This document shows, piece after piece, positions 1 to 13,486 of a DNA stretch of 64,000 bases. The DNA lies in contig CM059430.1 in NCBI GenBank assembly GCA_030390025.1, positions 160,332,001 to 160,396,000 on the forward strand. The letters are read 5' to 3'. The notes beneath the pieces are model-generated. The model searched no databases. It was not told the origin of the DNA and saw nothing but the letters and a program-made list of their open reading frames with translations. A program made the position numbers and the translations under genes. Every line of letters begins with the position of its first letter. Within the stretch, counting starts at the first letter, position 1. The DNA is from Squalus acanthias (lineage: Eukaryota).

Positions 1-1719
1 CCACTGGTCTACGGAGTGCCAACGTTTGGTGTTCAGAAAAGGGCCATGATTTATCGCGCATTTACTTTACAGGGTTGCCTCTAATGGTAAGATTACCATT
101 AGAAGCAGCCTTGCAAAGTAAAGAAAGTGACTCCAGAGCCTGACCTATGAACCCTCCCCGTACAGACCAACAATGTACTTTTTGAAGGGAGATTGTCAAA
201 TTGGAAGCAACTTCGTGCTGTAGGCCTATGCCCACTAGAAACCAGAATGAGACTGCCCAAGGTTGTTCCACATAGGACACTTAGAGCCAGCAGACAAAGG
301 AGACTTTCTTCCCAATGGTTTGAGGTAATTTTGGACCCAGGTCTTGGAGATAAAAGGCCAGTCTAACTTTCCGTACACCCGGATTCTCTTCCCCACCAAA
401 TTGTGGTTCATTTATAAGGATGGATTTTACACTGGCATCCATAACTACTGTCCATCAATTGTTCTGTCACTTTCCTCACATGTGTATGTCCTTATCCTTG
501 TTCTTCTGGTCACCATTTGTCACTGATTATAACTTTATTGTTGTGTCAGTCTGTTATTTTCTTCTGTTTTTGTGCCTTTCGGCATTTTCACTGTTTATAT
601 TTGAAAGCCTTAAATAAAAAATAATTTTAAACAAACTGTATATGGAGAGAAGGAAACTGGCAGCAATAATATGCTGAACCTCTTTGTAATATTTTGTTGT
701 GGACAATGATTTGGAAGAGGTCAAATCAGTGAAGGGATGAGCTGTTCAACCCAAACCACTTCTGGGCCACCCTCTGTAGACTTCCTTGGACTCTGGTATG
801 GGCCAACTAATTGATTTTATTCTTATTATGCATAGCATAAGGCCATTCTTATCTGTATCTACCTTGTGATATTTTGTATCTACAACAAAGTTAGTGTTAC
901 AGGCCAGTTTCCATTGATTTGACAGTTTTGTTGATGTGAAATGGCTACTACTTTGTATCAATACCAGTTGTTCAGTGTAATTCAGGAGCAGTCACCCAAA
1001 GCGCAGTTCGGCAAAAGATGTGAGCTCAGTTCAAGGAGGAGGTATTACACAGCTGGGCTTCACTCCTGCTGCAGTATAACTACAGACTAGTGTGATGTGA
1101 CCTTTAGAAAGTTGCTACTTTGGGAGTTTAAAATCATCAGTTTGAATCTTTATAATGTCAATGGAGAGCTGACATGACAGGGCAATCAGCTGTCTGTTAA
1201 TAATAAAATGTAACTCATGTTCTGATGCTCCATTTCCCTTAGCCAGAGACCAATGCAGGGGGCAGCAATGTAAGCTGGGTCTGCCAGCCAAATATTGCTC
1301 CCAGTAGGTACCTGTAATACAGTATAATGATGCCCTAAGCTGCAGTTATACTGCACCTATTGGTCCGAGACTGGTATCTGTTGAGTGAACAACAATGTTC
1401 TGCCACTCAGCTCTGTTGCATTGTTTTGGCAACAGGAAAGGTCAATTCCAGAACATAGATCATTCATAGATGCAGCTACATATCATGCAAAGTAGGCTGT
1501 AAATCTGTTTGAACATGTAGAGAAAGCAGTGGAGCAAAACAACCGTACTCAGTGTATGGAAATAAACTGTAAATTACTTCCAGCACACCCAATATTATGG
1601 GGTATTCTGCTCTACACCTGAACTTAGCTGGATGAGAGCGATACTGTTGTCTACACAGTGGAAAGCGGATGTTAAATTTCTGAATAGACATGCTTACTAC
1701 ACTGCTTTAATGTACTACA

Positions 1720-2533
1720 GGGGGGTGATTTTACCAAGAGGGGTGCATTAGAGGCGGGACTGCTGCTTGGCGGGTCGATGGCCCGCCTCCATCGATTTGT
1801 GGCCAACCCACGCTATTTTCCCTTGGTTGAATGTTAGCGGGTTTAGCAGGCCAATTAAGGGGAAGCCGGTTACAGAGAACGTCAACGTATGACGTTTCAT
1901 CTGTCAAAAATTTTTGACAGATGAATTGTCATCGTTTGACAGCTCTGTGAAGCTGTCAAACACTGACATTCTCTGTAGTTTGATGAGTTCTTGAATTCAA
2001 GACCTCATCAAACCTCTTTCTTTTGCAGAAATTAGATGGTTGCTGCATTGGAGAATGCAACGGCCATTCTGTCATCTCTACTGTGGAGGTTCGAGACTCT
2101 CTGCATACCCAACGATTGAAGACTGCAGGAAGAAACAAAGGTAAGTACACTTTTTCTAACACTTTCCACTTACCTCAGATACTCACCTCTCCACACTTGC
2201 ACCCATCACTCACCTCCACAGCGCACTTTTGCACCCCTCTGACCCCCGCAGACCCACTTCTCGCCTCGGTGACCCTGGCAGGGTTCGGAGCCTTCGGGAA
2301 GCCCGCACATTTGTGGGTAAAATGGGGATAATCCTCTTATCTGCCTGTTAACTACCTGTTAACTGGCAGATAAGTGGCACTAATCCCCTTCCCGCCTCCA
2401 AGGAGACGGGACCCGGCGCGGGTCGGCTACCCGCCTCCTGGCAAGCTGGCACGGAGTCAGGTTGGGCACCCGCCCCCAAATTCTGCCATTTTCCCAGCAG
2501 TCCCGCCTCCCCAGGGCTGGCAAGATCGCGCCC
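1720..2533. mobile_element. Harbinger-type MITE family A
   Basis: GGGGGTGATTTT ... AAGATCGCGCCC imperfect TIR. Colinear with 19297-20143. Confidence 0.8.
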
Positions 2534-3242
2534 ACAGTGTCAGATCATCAACTCCTGAGTTACACTACCATTTTTGTGTCTTTGCAATGCAGATCCCAGT
2601 GCAACTGCACCCTTATAGTGTGCTGGGGATCAGATTTTTTCACCCCTTGTGAGGCTAGGATGATACTTTGGGCCTATTCTCTTCAGATACTCAATCATCT
2701 CTCCCCTTACTAATTTGCATTATCTTTATTTTTCAAACTCTTATAAACCCACCTGTGGTTAACACCTCATCATCTAAAACAAAATCCTAATATGACTTCA
2801 GGCTCACTGGGACAGTCCCACAACTTTGCATAGCATTCTTCCTGCCTTAGTTTTGCTATCATTCAGGTAAGTTGTGTTGCTTTTTGTAAAATTACTGCAA
2901 CTATGCCTTGGCTTCTGTGCGGGTTTGCTGATCTGAACCAGTGTAACAGTTGGACGGTGCTACTATTGGTCTCGGTGTCTCTAGGTTAAGAAGAAGGGAG
3001 GGTGGGGGAATCAGACAGGTTCCTGCTCCTGCTTATTATTCAGTGACTTCTGCTGGCAATTACACATGTGTGGGCATCAGAGCAGAACAGAATCAGGCTT
3101 GGACAAGATGTTCTCTATCGTAGCATAGCTTGTCTAAGCCCACACATGAAGAAAGACCACTTGGATGAGGTACCAGAGGATTGCTGCTGCTCATGGAACT
3201 GTACCTCAGCAGGAAGTCGGTGCCTTTAGGAGGAGAATAACA

Positions 3243-3385
3243 AAAGAACATAAGAAATAGGAGCCGGAGTAGGCTAGATGGCCCTTTGAACCTGCTCCAC
3301 CATTCAATATCATGGCTGAACCTCTACCTCAACTCCACTTTCCCACCCTATCCCCATATCCCTTGATTCCCTTAGTGTCCAAAAA
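3243..3385 (-). mobile_element. CR1 tail fragment; similar short tails at 16430-16560 (-), 50540-50665 (+) and 57915-58048 (+)
   Basis: agaacataagaaataggagc...cctgctcc...catggctga is the reverse complement of the CR1 tail at 24880-24965. Confidence 0.85.
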
Positions 3386-5458
3386 AGGGAGGGGTGGGGG
3401 AATCAGACAGTTTTTGATCCTGCTTATCGTGAACTGACTTCTGCTGGCCAGAGCACTTGTGTGGGCATCGGGCTTGGATGTGATGACAGAAAAAAATTGA
3501 AGGAAAAACTATACGGCACCTATTTCATCTAAGTGAAAGGTCCATTAATGACTGTGCAGATCCATACACTGTTCCATATCAGTCTGATTTGTTATGTTGC
3601 ATAATAATTGTTTTAAAGAACCCTAAGATCTTTTAAAAATAGAAGCTCAGGGAACGCATTGTGAAAGATATGGGAGTGAGCAATTTCCAACTTTGGCCCA
3701 AAATGTGTGAAGTGGGCGGAGCATCCATTGGGCCTACCTGATCACTGCAACGAGAGGCCTCAGCAGTTTCATGGCCGGGCCTCGTTCCCATACCATCAGC
3801 GAGTTGCTCCTTCATTTCGAGCAGCCCACTGATTGAACTAAGATGACAATCTGGCAGCTGCAGCATGGAGCACAGCTGGTGCAGGTAGGCGAAGGGGGCG
3901 GGAGGTGATCCCTGGAGAGGGCCGCAGAGGGGCGGGCATCGTGAGGGCCAATGAGGAGTCAGGAGGAGCATTGGTTATTTTTAAAAGCTGAAACATTCTG
4001 TTTTTGAGCAGCCTGCAGTGGTCCCTTTAATGATTGCTGGGTTAGGCCACTCAACACCTCGCACCACTGGACGGAGTGTGCATGGTGTGTGCTGTACCCA
4101 TTGGTACTGCAAATTACAAACCGGGTCCTAAAACCAACAATGGACCCCGCGGTTTTTGCATAGGCGGGAGCGCTGACCACTTACTCGCAGGCTACCCTGA
4201 AAATAGCATCAGGTGGGCCTCGGGTGGCTATTGGGCAATTTTCTTTCAATTTTCATCTACCGACCACCCATTTTTCCAGTGTAAATGGGGCAGGTGGCAG
4301 TTGAAAATCACCCCCTGGAGTTTCAGCAAATATATCTTATGCACCGTTGACATTTTCATGTCAGGTTTTCCAAAACAACTACTTCTCACTGTTCCTGGAA
4401 CTGACACAGCCCAAAAATTATGCAATGAGGCAATTTTGCATACATGCCAAATAATCTAGAAATCCTCAAACCAGCAGAGAAATTGAAATGCACCGTGTTA
4501 ACGTACACACACACACACACACACAAACTGGAGCTCTTGTATAATCTTCTTCAGTATATTTTCAAAGGAGAACTGCAGATAAAATTCCAGTCATAGTAAT
4601 TGGGGCAAAGTTATCCCTGGAGCATATAGAAGTTAGTAGAGACTATTATGCAGAAACTGGAAGCATTAAGGGGGAGAAATAGCGATGCATCTCCCATGTT
4701 TTTGGGGTCTAAAATGGGTGCCACAAAGTTAGATTCAGCAGCGTGACATTCCGTGTCGGGAGTGCGCGCAACGCCATATTGGTCCGGGCGCTTGATAGGC
4801 GTCCACGGCAACGGCCTGCAACAAGTGTAGGCATCATTTAAATATGATAGTAGGGGTCCTGCACCTGAATCAGGGCCCTTTTGCCAAATTGGTGTCTGTG
4901 CGTGCCTGAAATGTCACTTCCTTAACCCATCCAGCAAATCGTGGCGCGATCAGTTGGCAAGCAGCTTTCACAAACACTATTTAAAGGGATCCTCATCTCC
5001 ATTAAAGTAAGTATCTGGTTATTAATGTTAGGCTTCTAGGGTGCTTTTGGGCCAAACTGTTGGCTGTTTTGGCAAGTGCGTGTTCTGGATATAGGGCTGG
5101 AGAAGATTGCAGATGTAGGATAGAGCAAGGCCGTGGAAGAACCTGAAGTTGAGGACGAGGGCCCAAAGTAACTTGTGCTATTTCTATCTATCTGTTTATC
5201 TAGGGGCAATTGTTCAGTCTATGGCTCTGAATGGATCTGCTTTTGGAATAAGCTAGCTGCTTCAACCCTGCAATTTGCCTTGTTACACAGAACTGTCTTA
5301 ATTGGAGTTTCTTAAAAGCACTTGCATTCCTCTCCCTCCCTCCCTCTCTCCCTCTCTCCTCTCCCTCCCTCGCTCCCTCTCTCCCTCCCTCCCTCCCTCT
5401 CTTTTGGTGTCTCATAGTGCACTTTATTTCCTGGTTGAAAGTTGTGAATGGACACCAT

Positions 5459-6315
5459 GGGGCTGGATTTTACTTACTGAGACGAGTTGGGGGCGGGACT
5501 GCTGTCTTCCGGGTTCTAGTCCCGCCCCCCAGCGACGTCTGACAAACAGATGTTATTTTGCCCTGATTGGCCTCGTTAAGCCCGCCCTGTGGGCTTGCTG
5601 GCCAACTAAGGGAAAGCCGGTGTCACATGACATCAGTTGATGGCGCTTCATCGGCCGGTTTTCTTAAAGGCATATGCACCACACTTGTTTGACAGATGAT
5701 TTGACAGTGTTTGACAGCATTGAGGTGCTGTGAAACACTGTCAATCACTGTCCACAGGTGAGCCCTTTCACCCAGGCTCTCCAATTACTCTCCCCTTAGG
5801 ATAAAACAGATGGCAGCTGCAGCTGAGAATGCAGAAGCCATCTGTCACTTCTCCCGATGAGATGAGGCTACACAAACACTTCACAGCTTGTCACCTGCAG
5901 AAACATCTAACCACATAAAAAATTACTTTCCCAACATTTCCTTACCTCTGATACATTGTCCCATTGCAGCCTTCGCACCACTTCTGCAGCTGTCATCCAA
6001 ACACCAACATAACAACAGACCCACAGCACACCTCACTTACCCTGGCAGGGTTCCCCGACGTCAGGAAGCCCGCAGCAGCAGTCGAAAATTGGGAAAAGCC
6101 TCTTAACTGCCTGTTAATTACCTGTTAACAGGCAGTTAAGTGGCTATAATCCTCTTCCCGCCGCTAGGAGTCGGGTCCCTGCGCAAATCGGGGACCCGAC
6201 TCCTGGGAAGATTGGTTGGAGGCAGGTTGGGAGCGGGTTCGGGACCATTCTTTTTGACTTTCCCAGCAGTCCCGCCTCCAAACCCACCTCCTCAGGGCTG
6301 GTAAAATCTAGCCCA
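5459..6315. mobile_element. Harbinger-type MITE, family A relative
   Basis: cat|GGGGCTGGATTTT ... AAAATCTAGCCCA|cat. Shares subterminal blocks with family A. Confidence 0.8.
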
Positions 6316-6574
6316 CATGTCTCGGGGCTTGGCCAGTGCCGCTGATTAACTCTGGCTGGGCGACGTACCTATAGATTTATAGTCTTGGGGGAGGTGGGTA
6401 ACACTGGCCTTCTGTTGCCACCCCAGAGAAATGAGGAAATTGATATATGGGAAATCACAGGTACAAACTTGTGTTAATATTGAGGATATGTTTGGAGTGA
6501 GATTTATATGATAAAGCAGGTGACAGATTTCAAACCTATTTAAACACACACAGCTGTGCTTATTTTTAGGAGTG

Positions 6575-6883
6575 AGAAATAGACAGTTTCCTAGAAGTAA
6601 AGGGCATTAAGGGTTACGGGGAGCGGGCAGGAATTTGGACATGAGTCTAGGTTCGGATCGGTCATGGCCCTGTGGGTAGTGGAGCGGGCCCAGGGACTGT
6701 GTAGCCTGATTCTGCTCCTATTTCGTGTGTGCAATTCTGTTAGATGCAGGAGATGGTTCTGTGATAGATAGTAGATTGGCGGTTAGGATCAGATCAGCCA
6801 TGATCTTATTGAATGGCGGAGCAGGCTCGAGGGGCCGATTGGCCTACTCCTGCTCCTATTTCTTATGTTCTTATGTTCTTATG
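6575..6883 (+). mobile_element. CR1 3' fragment, same family as 21838-24972
   Basis: Matches 24700-24970, including both tail modules and TTCTTATG repeats. Confidence 0.9.
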
Positions 6884-9400
6884 AAACATAGTAATATGAT
6901 TATGATAAGGTCACACATCCCTCTGTCACACCAGAGCGTAGGGAGGAGGTAGCAGGGGAGGATAATGAGTTACTACTTCAATCGTCTTACTACCTTATGA
7001 GTGGTCTCTGCTCTTGTCAACCCGCTGTGCAGACCTATAGTCAAATCCTGTCAGCCTTGAGTTAGTTAACTATTAAGTCTTAATATACCATGAACAGTTG
7101 ACCATTCAGTACGCTTGGGTATGAATTCTCCTGGTCACTATGTGTAGCAATGTCGTAAATGATTTTGTGAAAAATTCCTCTGTTTGCTATTTGTAGCAGA
7201 ATTCAAAATACTTTCTAGAGGAACATATTTACATCTCACTAGAAATGCCGAACAGAAGAAATCTTTAATAATGCATTTACCTTGTCACTAGTGACCAAAA
7301 GAATTTTCTTTTCACCTCACTGCAATTTAAACCGTCTTAATATTAGTTGAAAAGGTTATCATTTTTGCACTGGTTAGTTTGCTTTTCTTGTTCTTAGTCC
7401 GCGTCCTAAAGGTGCGCCTCTGTGGTTAAAAAGAAGCACACATCAGTCTGCTTAGTCTTATACCAACAACCAACAGGAAGTTTAAAAATCTTTATGCAGT
7501 TATAGACTGCAATTGTATTGCACTTAGTGACCTGAGCTCAGATGTAGCACTGTGATGTGCAGTTGGCAGACCCATGTTGTGGTGTGCAATAACCTTAAAC
7601 TGACCAGCATCAAGGTGCAACAACATTTGCAGCACAGAGGAAGGCATCCAGCCCATTATGTCTGTGTTGGCTGTTTGTTAAAGCAATTCAAAACTAATCC
7701 TACTGCCCCGCTCTCTCTTCTCTATCTCCCTCGGTTTCAAATGTTTATCTTCTTTTCCCTTGAAAGATGCAATGGTCTTCGCCTCAACCACTCCCTATGG
7801 CAAGGCATTCCATGTTGTAACAACTCTGCATAAAGAAATTTCTCCCAACCCCTCTCAAGGGGGAACTTTAACTCCCTCCACTTGGCGGAAACCGTGCGGA
7901 ACAGGAGTTAAAATGGAAGCGGTACACTTACCGATTGATTCCCGTCCTGTGGCCATTTTAATGCCGCTGTTTTATCGGGCAGCTGAGGCGCCTGCCTGAC
8001 CCAATGGGAGCCTCATAAATTTATGCAAATCAGGGTCCTATCACTTGGATAGGACTACAATGAAATTTTAACAGGCTACTAAACAGGGGCTGAGAAACGT
8101 AAGTGAAAGTTTTTTCTGAGCGCTTTCGGCCTAGTAATCCAAAGTGGAACTTCCATATAAGCGTGACTGAAATATTACGCAAAAAAAAAGGTAAGTAGAA
8201 AATTGGGAACTCCACTAAATCTTGTGAGTATCAAAAAATAAATTTAAATAAAAGAATGAGTAAGTATAAAACACACAACTTGGAAAACAGAACTTGAATG
8301 TCTGCTTACAGTTCTGACAATGTAAGGCACAGCGACTGGTTTCCCAATATTTTGCCACTGTTGCTCTTGTTACAAGTTCAAACATTGTCATCTGATCCGC
8401 CAAATGCTTCTAGGTCAGCAAATGTTTTTTTTAAAACTTCCTTTTTTGTATATTATTTTTGATAAAAACAATCAACTTCCTGTTATAGGAAATTGTTAAC
8501 CAGAAAGAAACTTCTTTTTTCTGGTTTCTCAGGTACTTGCAAGGAGTCGTGTCGTCTTTGTTTTCATCGTAGTTTGAAACACGACAAGGGCTGCGTTTCT
8601 TGGAAGAGAACTGTTTTAGCAATGAAAAATATTGAGTGCTTACTTGTCATAATTAATGTGGCAGTTATACTCTGTCACTTGACAACAGTTCATTCTCAAA
8701 GGATCAGCATTGACTGTGTTAATAATAGAACAGGAACGAGAGAAGCTGCTGACTGTCTTACTGTATGAGACGCACACAGCACACTGCTCGTAAATGCTGT
8801 TATTTTAAGTAGACAGAATCACAAAAAGATCGTAAGACTGATAACAATCATGCAATTTTGACCCAGCCGAATTGTACCGATATGCATGAGCATTGCAATA
8901 TAAATGCTGTATACTAATGTATTGTGCATAATTCATTTTATTCTCACTGTATCTTTACTGTAAGCCAGAACATACATATAAAGTAAAGGGCTTTAGGCAA
9001 CACCCATACATGCCAATGAAGCACTGAAGCCAAAAAGACCAGAAGGCCCCAGGTTTGATCCCTTGTTAGTTGATCTCAGCACCCTGGGCTAGGGAGTGGA
9101 AAAATTAGCCAGGGCTAATGCTTCTTATTGCTATCTGGTGTCACCTTCTCTCCACTCATTCCCCCTTCTCCCTCCGGGGTGGAAAGTGCACCTCTGTGGG
9201 CATTAGGCAAGAACAGTAGTCGACTAAGCTGTAATATCCTCCAAGGTCAAATAGCCTGATGACATTCACTGCCTAGAGTTGCATATGAAAAATGGACACT
9301 TGGGTGAGGTACCAGATGATTGCCAGTACCCATGAAACTGTATTGTAACATTAGGCTTTGAGGGGGTGGAGAAAGTTGGGGAAACATCTTTTTTAAATTA

Positions 9401-10137
9401 GGGGGAGAAATTGGGTACCTTTGCGCCTCCCATTATTGCTTCCAGGGGGCGATAACGGGGCGCTAAGCACTTACCGACCGGGCGCGGCGAGAATATCGCC
9501 TCCCGCTAAATTCGGTGGGAGGTTTGCGGCGGCGGTATGGCGTTGCGCCCCGATCACCTTCACCCGGAGATCGTGATGTCATCGCCGTGCGCATTGCCCC
9601 GGTAGCGCCCCGGACCTGAACTTCGGTTCCGCCCCCTGCAGCATCGGCGGGCGACGACACCGACAGCTCCAGGAGGCGTTGATCGGGAGGCCGGGCGCTT
9701 CAGGGGCGAAAGTTAAAGGGGAGGTTGCCGAGGTAAGTCCCGAAATTTTTGAAATGGTTTTGGTCAATTTTTTTTCCTTCTCCTGGGCCGCGATCGATCA
9801 GCCCGGCGCTCTGCTGGAGTACATGGGGCTGATCGAGCCGGATCGCTGCCACTGTTGGGGACCAGCTAACTGGTCCCAATGCAGAGCCTGCAGCGATGGC
9901 CCTTCCCTTTAAGGGAGGGAAGGAGCCTCGGAACGCGGCAGCACTGCCCCTCTACCGCCCCGCCTGCTTCCATAGCGATCCAGGAAGGAAGTGGAGCCCT
10001 TGATTTAGCGCTCCACTTCCTTCCTGGAGCGCTAAACCCAATTTCCTGAAAGCTGGGAATCATTAGCGCCTGGTGCTAATTTCCCCAGCTTTCAAAGGTT
10101 ACCGCCCCCAAACCGGGTGATAATGAATTTCTCCCCC
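9401..10137. mobile_element. PIF/Harbinger (Tourist-like) MITE family B, CpG-rich
   Basis: tta|GGGGGAGAAATT ... AATTTCTCCCCC|tta: perfect 12-bp TIR and TTA TSD. Confidence 0.9.
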
Positions 10138-10669
10138 TTAGTATTTAATAAGATGTGTGTTAATATTTTTGTATTATTTTATACTGCATAGATATCTGAA
10201 CAAAATTCAAAGGTGGTATAATTATGCCTAATCTTTCCATCATGATATGAATTGTACTGTACATATTATATACATTGCCAGTACATGCAGGATAAATATA
10301 GACTTGTGACTGTAGTCATATGCTGCGTTAGTTATATTTTAAACATCTTTTTTGGAAATCAAGCACCACTCCCTTTCCCCAAGACACACACACACACAGA
10401 CACCCACACACACATTTCACAGTTTAAGAAAGGTCACAGCTCCCTGGTTTCAAGTGTTCATAGATGGAGCTGTATTACATTTGTTACCAACCTATATAAT
10501 ACAGAATCCCATTTACAATCCCACAGGACCCTTGCAGGCTTCTGGCATCAATCCCAGAGAAACTGCAAGGTAAATAATAAATGTGACCATTGGGATGCTA
10601 AAAATATGCCATAATTTTATCTTGAAACTGTTAGCTGCACGTTTTTAAACACATTGGGGGTGGGGGGGA

Positions 10670-11341
10670 GTGGAGAAATTGGAACCAGTTGCACCTGTTT
10701 CTCAGGCACAGGATGGGGCCAAAAAGTACCAATTTCATGGTGCTGTCTCTTGTGCTGCAAAGGCCCTGAAATACGTCCAACCCCAAATTGGGTCATCCAA
10801 TTTTTCAGGCGCCGCTGACGACTACCTGAAAAAGCGCTAGGCCCTTTACCTTTGTAAATGAGGGACCTAACCCTTTTTTTAGGATACCTCTCCTAATTTG
10901 GACGGCACTGAGTGGAGCAGACACCAGACCTGCTCCGCTCAAGTCCGTCAGCTGTTGCTGCGGCTAAGCAGCGGCCCCCAACAAAAAAGTTAAATAAAAA
11001 AAATCATTTTAAACTTTGAGTGGAGCCAGGAGAAGCAAGAATGCTCTTCCCGGGTCCACATCACTCCTGAGGGTCGCTGCCGGCCCACGATAGGCCGCTT
11101 CCACTGTCCTTCCCTGATCTCCCGGGACTTCTTTATTGGCAATGCAAGTGGCCAAAATTCATCCCTTTGAAGTGGGCGAGCTGCCTCAGGAGGCACAACA
11201 GACGTTGACAGCTCGCCCAAATTATTGAAAATAGGCCTGAGGTCAAATTTAGGGCATGCCTCGGGCCTCCTAGTTCTGGCGAGGTCTGTCTGCGTACTGT
11301 TGGTCATGTGCCTGAAAACAGGCCATAACCAATTTCTACCA
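10670..11341. mobile_element. Older Harbinger-type MITE family C; partial copies at about 4671-5020, 15830-16047 and 50890-51190
   Basis: GGAGAAATTGG ... CCAATTTCTACC termini. 11140-11340 is similar to 15855-16047. Confidence 0.6.
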
Positions 11342-13486
11342 GCTTGACTTTAAATCTGGTGTATATGTATAACAATGTTACACAGTATTCTAGGTTGACA
11401 AAATGCAACAGTATAAAGAAATCATTTTTTTTTGACAATTTCTCTTCAGATACCAAAGGTGCTGACTTTTGCTAGGGTATCTGGGATTCTATAAGCACCA
11501 GTAGCCCTCCTAAACCTTGCCTAAGTAACCATTCTTGATGAGTGAGTCTATCAAGTGGGTGTTAACAGGACATTTGACTTTAGACACCATCACAGTTGAG
11601 TTTGATTCCGTGCTCAAATGACATCCAAACATGTGCATTTTCCAATTGGCTAGCAATCAGGAGAAGGAACCTTAGCTGATGTTTCCCTTTCCATACCACA
11701 GAGTCCTGAGGGCAATTGTAGTACTCCAGCTGAGATCAACTAATTTAGCACAGCCCAGAAATAGAACCTGGAACCCACTAGTCTAATGCAGCACTGAGAG
11801 GTAGCTACATGTTCTTGACACATTACCCAGGACTTCCAGCTCCCTTCCACTGGTTTCACAGCAGACCTGCAGTGGGCGGACTGGCAACATGCTCAGGGAC
11901 ACACATTGCAGAATCCACCCATAGGTGGGTGGGCTCATGCAAATCATATTGAGATATGGAAAGCACACCCTCCGCCATGTTGCCTGCCATTTGTTCGGTT
12001 TGAACTCTGAAAGCCAGGGCCCCCTTGTTAGGCCCTGGCACCCAGTGTTCAAAGGTTGGTGGCGGGGGCCTCCGAGGGTTACTTGCAGAGGGGCCTGTGC
12101 AGTTTCTCTCCGTGCACAGGCCCCAACCGTAGCATCAAATTTTTTTTTAAATAGTAAATTTTGCAGGCAACTCGATAGCTGCCTTCTTCCTCCTACTGTG
12201 ACAAGCCTTCAAGGCCCACCACGCAATTTTCTGGTTCCAATTTGGCACAACTTCTTTTGATTTAAACGTGTGAGTCAGGCACATAAAGATATTGGAAGGT
12301 TTAAAAAAGAGGAAACACATTGTTAATGATAAGGCTTATGATATCATAAAAATATTAGTAAGCCCTTTATTATTTATATTAGGTGCACCTTTTTCCCATA
12401 TACCATATAAAGTACCGTAAGTAAACACAGTAGCAGGGAAATGATGTGATAACATCAGGCTTGATAAATAATTGATTAGCAGTTACTCATAACTGACTAA
12501 TATAAGTATCATTACAGCTATGCCAAAATATGTACAGGACACTGACAAGATTCTTTTTTAAAATAGATGCCATTATAATGTGAATATGGATAGTATTGGA
12601 TTGATAGTAAATGGAGAGCAATCCTCCATTGGCTGCAAAGTGTGTTCAAGCCTTCAAAATTGATTTTTGATTGATTTTTTCCCCCAATGTTCCCAGTCAC
12701 AGCAAACCAGTATAAATGACAAGGCTGCCGTTACCTAATGAGAGGAATGACCTCAGCTATGTATTCATCCATTTGAAGGGCACTGTGCTTTATAAAGTAT
12801 TGCTTGTTCAGTTATATTCTGCGTGTTACAGTAGTTCACTTGAAAATAAATAAGACTCTGAATGTAACCTTTTTTTCTCAAACCACCTTCATGTTGTGCA
12901 TAAGCAAAAACTAAAATACTGTAGATGCTGGAAGTCTGAAAACAAAACACAAAAATACTCAGCAGGTCAGGCAGCATCTGTGGAAAAACAGAAGTCATAC
13001 GGCCTTTCAGGTCTTAAGACTCTTCCTCAGGACTGGAAGATATTTCAGATGAAGCGCATTTAAAAAGGAACACAACAAGGGAAAGGGGGAGGGAAAAGAG
13101 TCTGGTGCAAGAAACCGGTCGACACAAAGGGTGCAGATCACCCCGCCAGTAGTGTTCCGAAGTGGTGGGGCGTGGTGCCTACCCAAGTAACAACCAACTC
13201 TATTCCCCATCTCTGGAAACTCCAACTCACCCATCCCACATTGCCAGCAGCTACTGTCAGAGAGAAAATGGGAACTGTAGTTAAGGTTTGAAGCTGTTAA
13301 AGTTAATGTTAAGGCCAGAGGGCTCTCACATGCCTCTATAAATACAAAAGTATTTGTTAAGTATCTTTGTCAATCATTTATTCTCTACTATAAGATTACA
13401 TGTTTTCATGTCTTGCTTTTGCTTTGGAATTACGTCTTTACTACTACCTGTGATGTCAGAAAGTTTTTCACACAAAGAATAGTTAT

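Noticed and set aside
1-625. Possible decayed Tx1/L1-type LINE 3' end
   Set aside because: Only faint LPV/CP-like remnants and an A-rich end; not supportable without a search.
9401-10137. CpG-island promoter of a host gene (also 13487, 27981 and 60196)
   Set aside because: The CpG-rich blocks are bounded by TIRs and recur as families, so they are MITEs.
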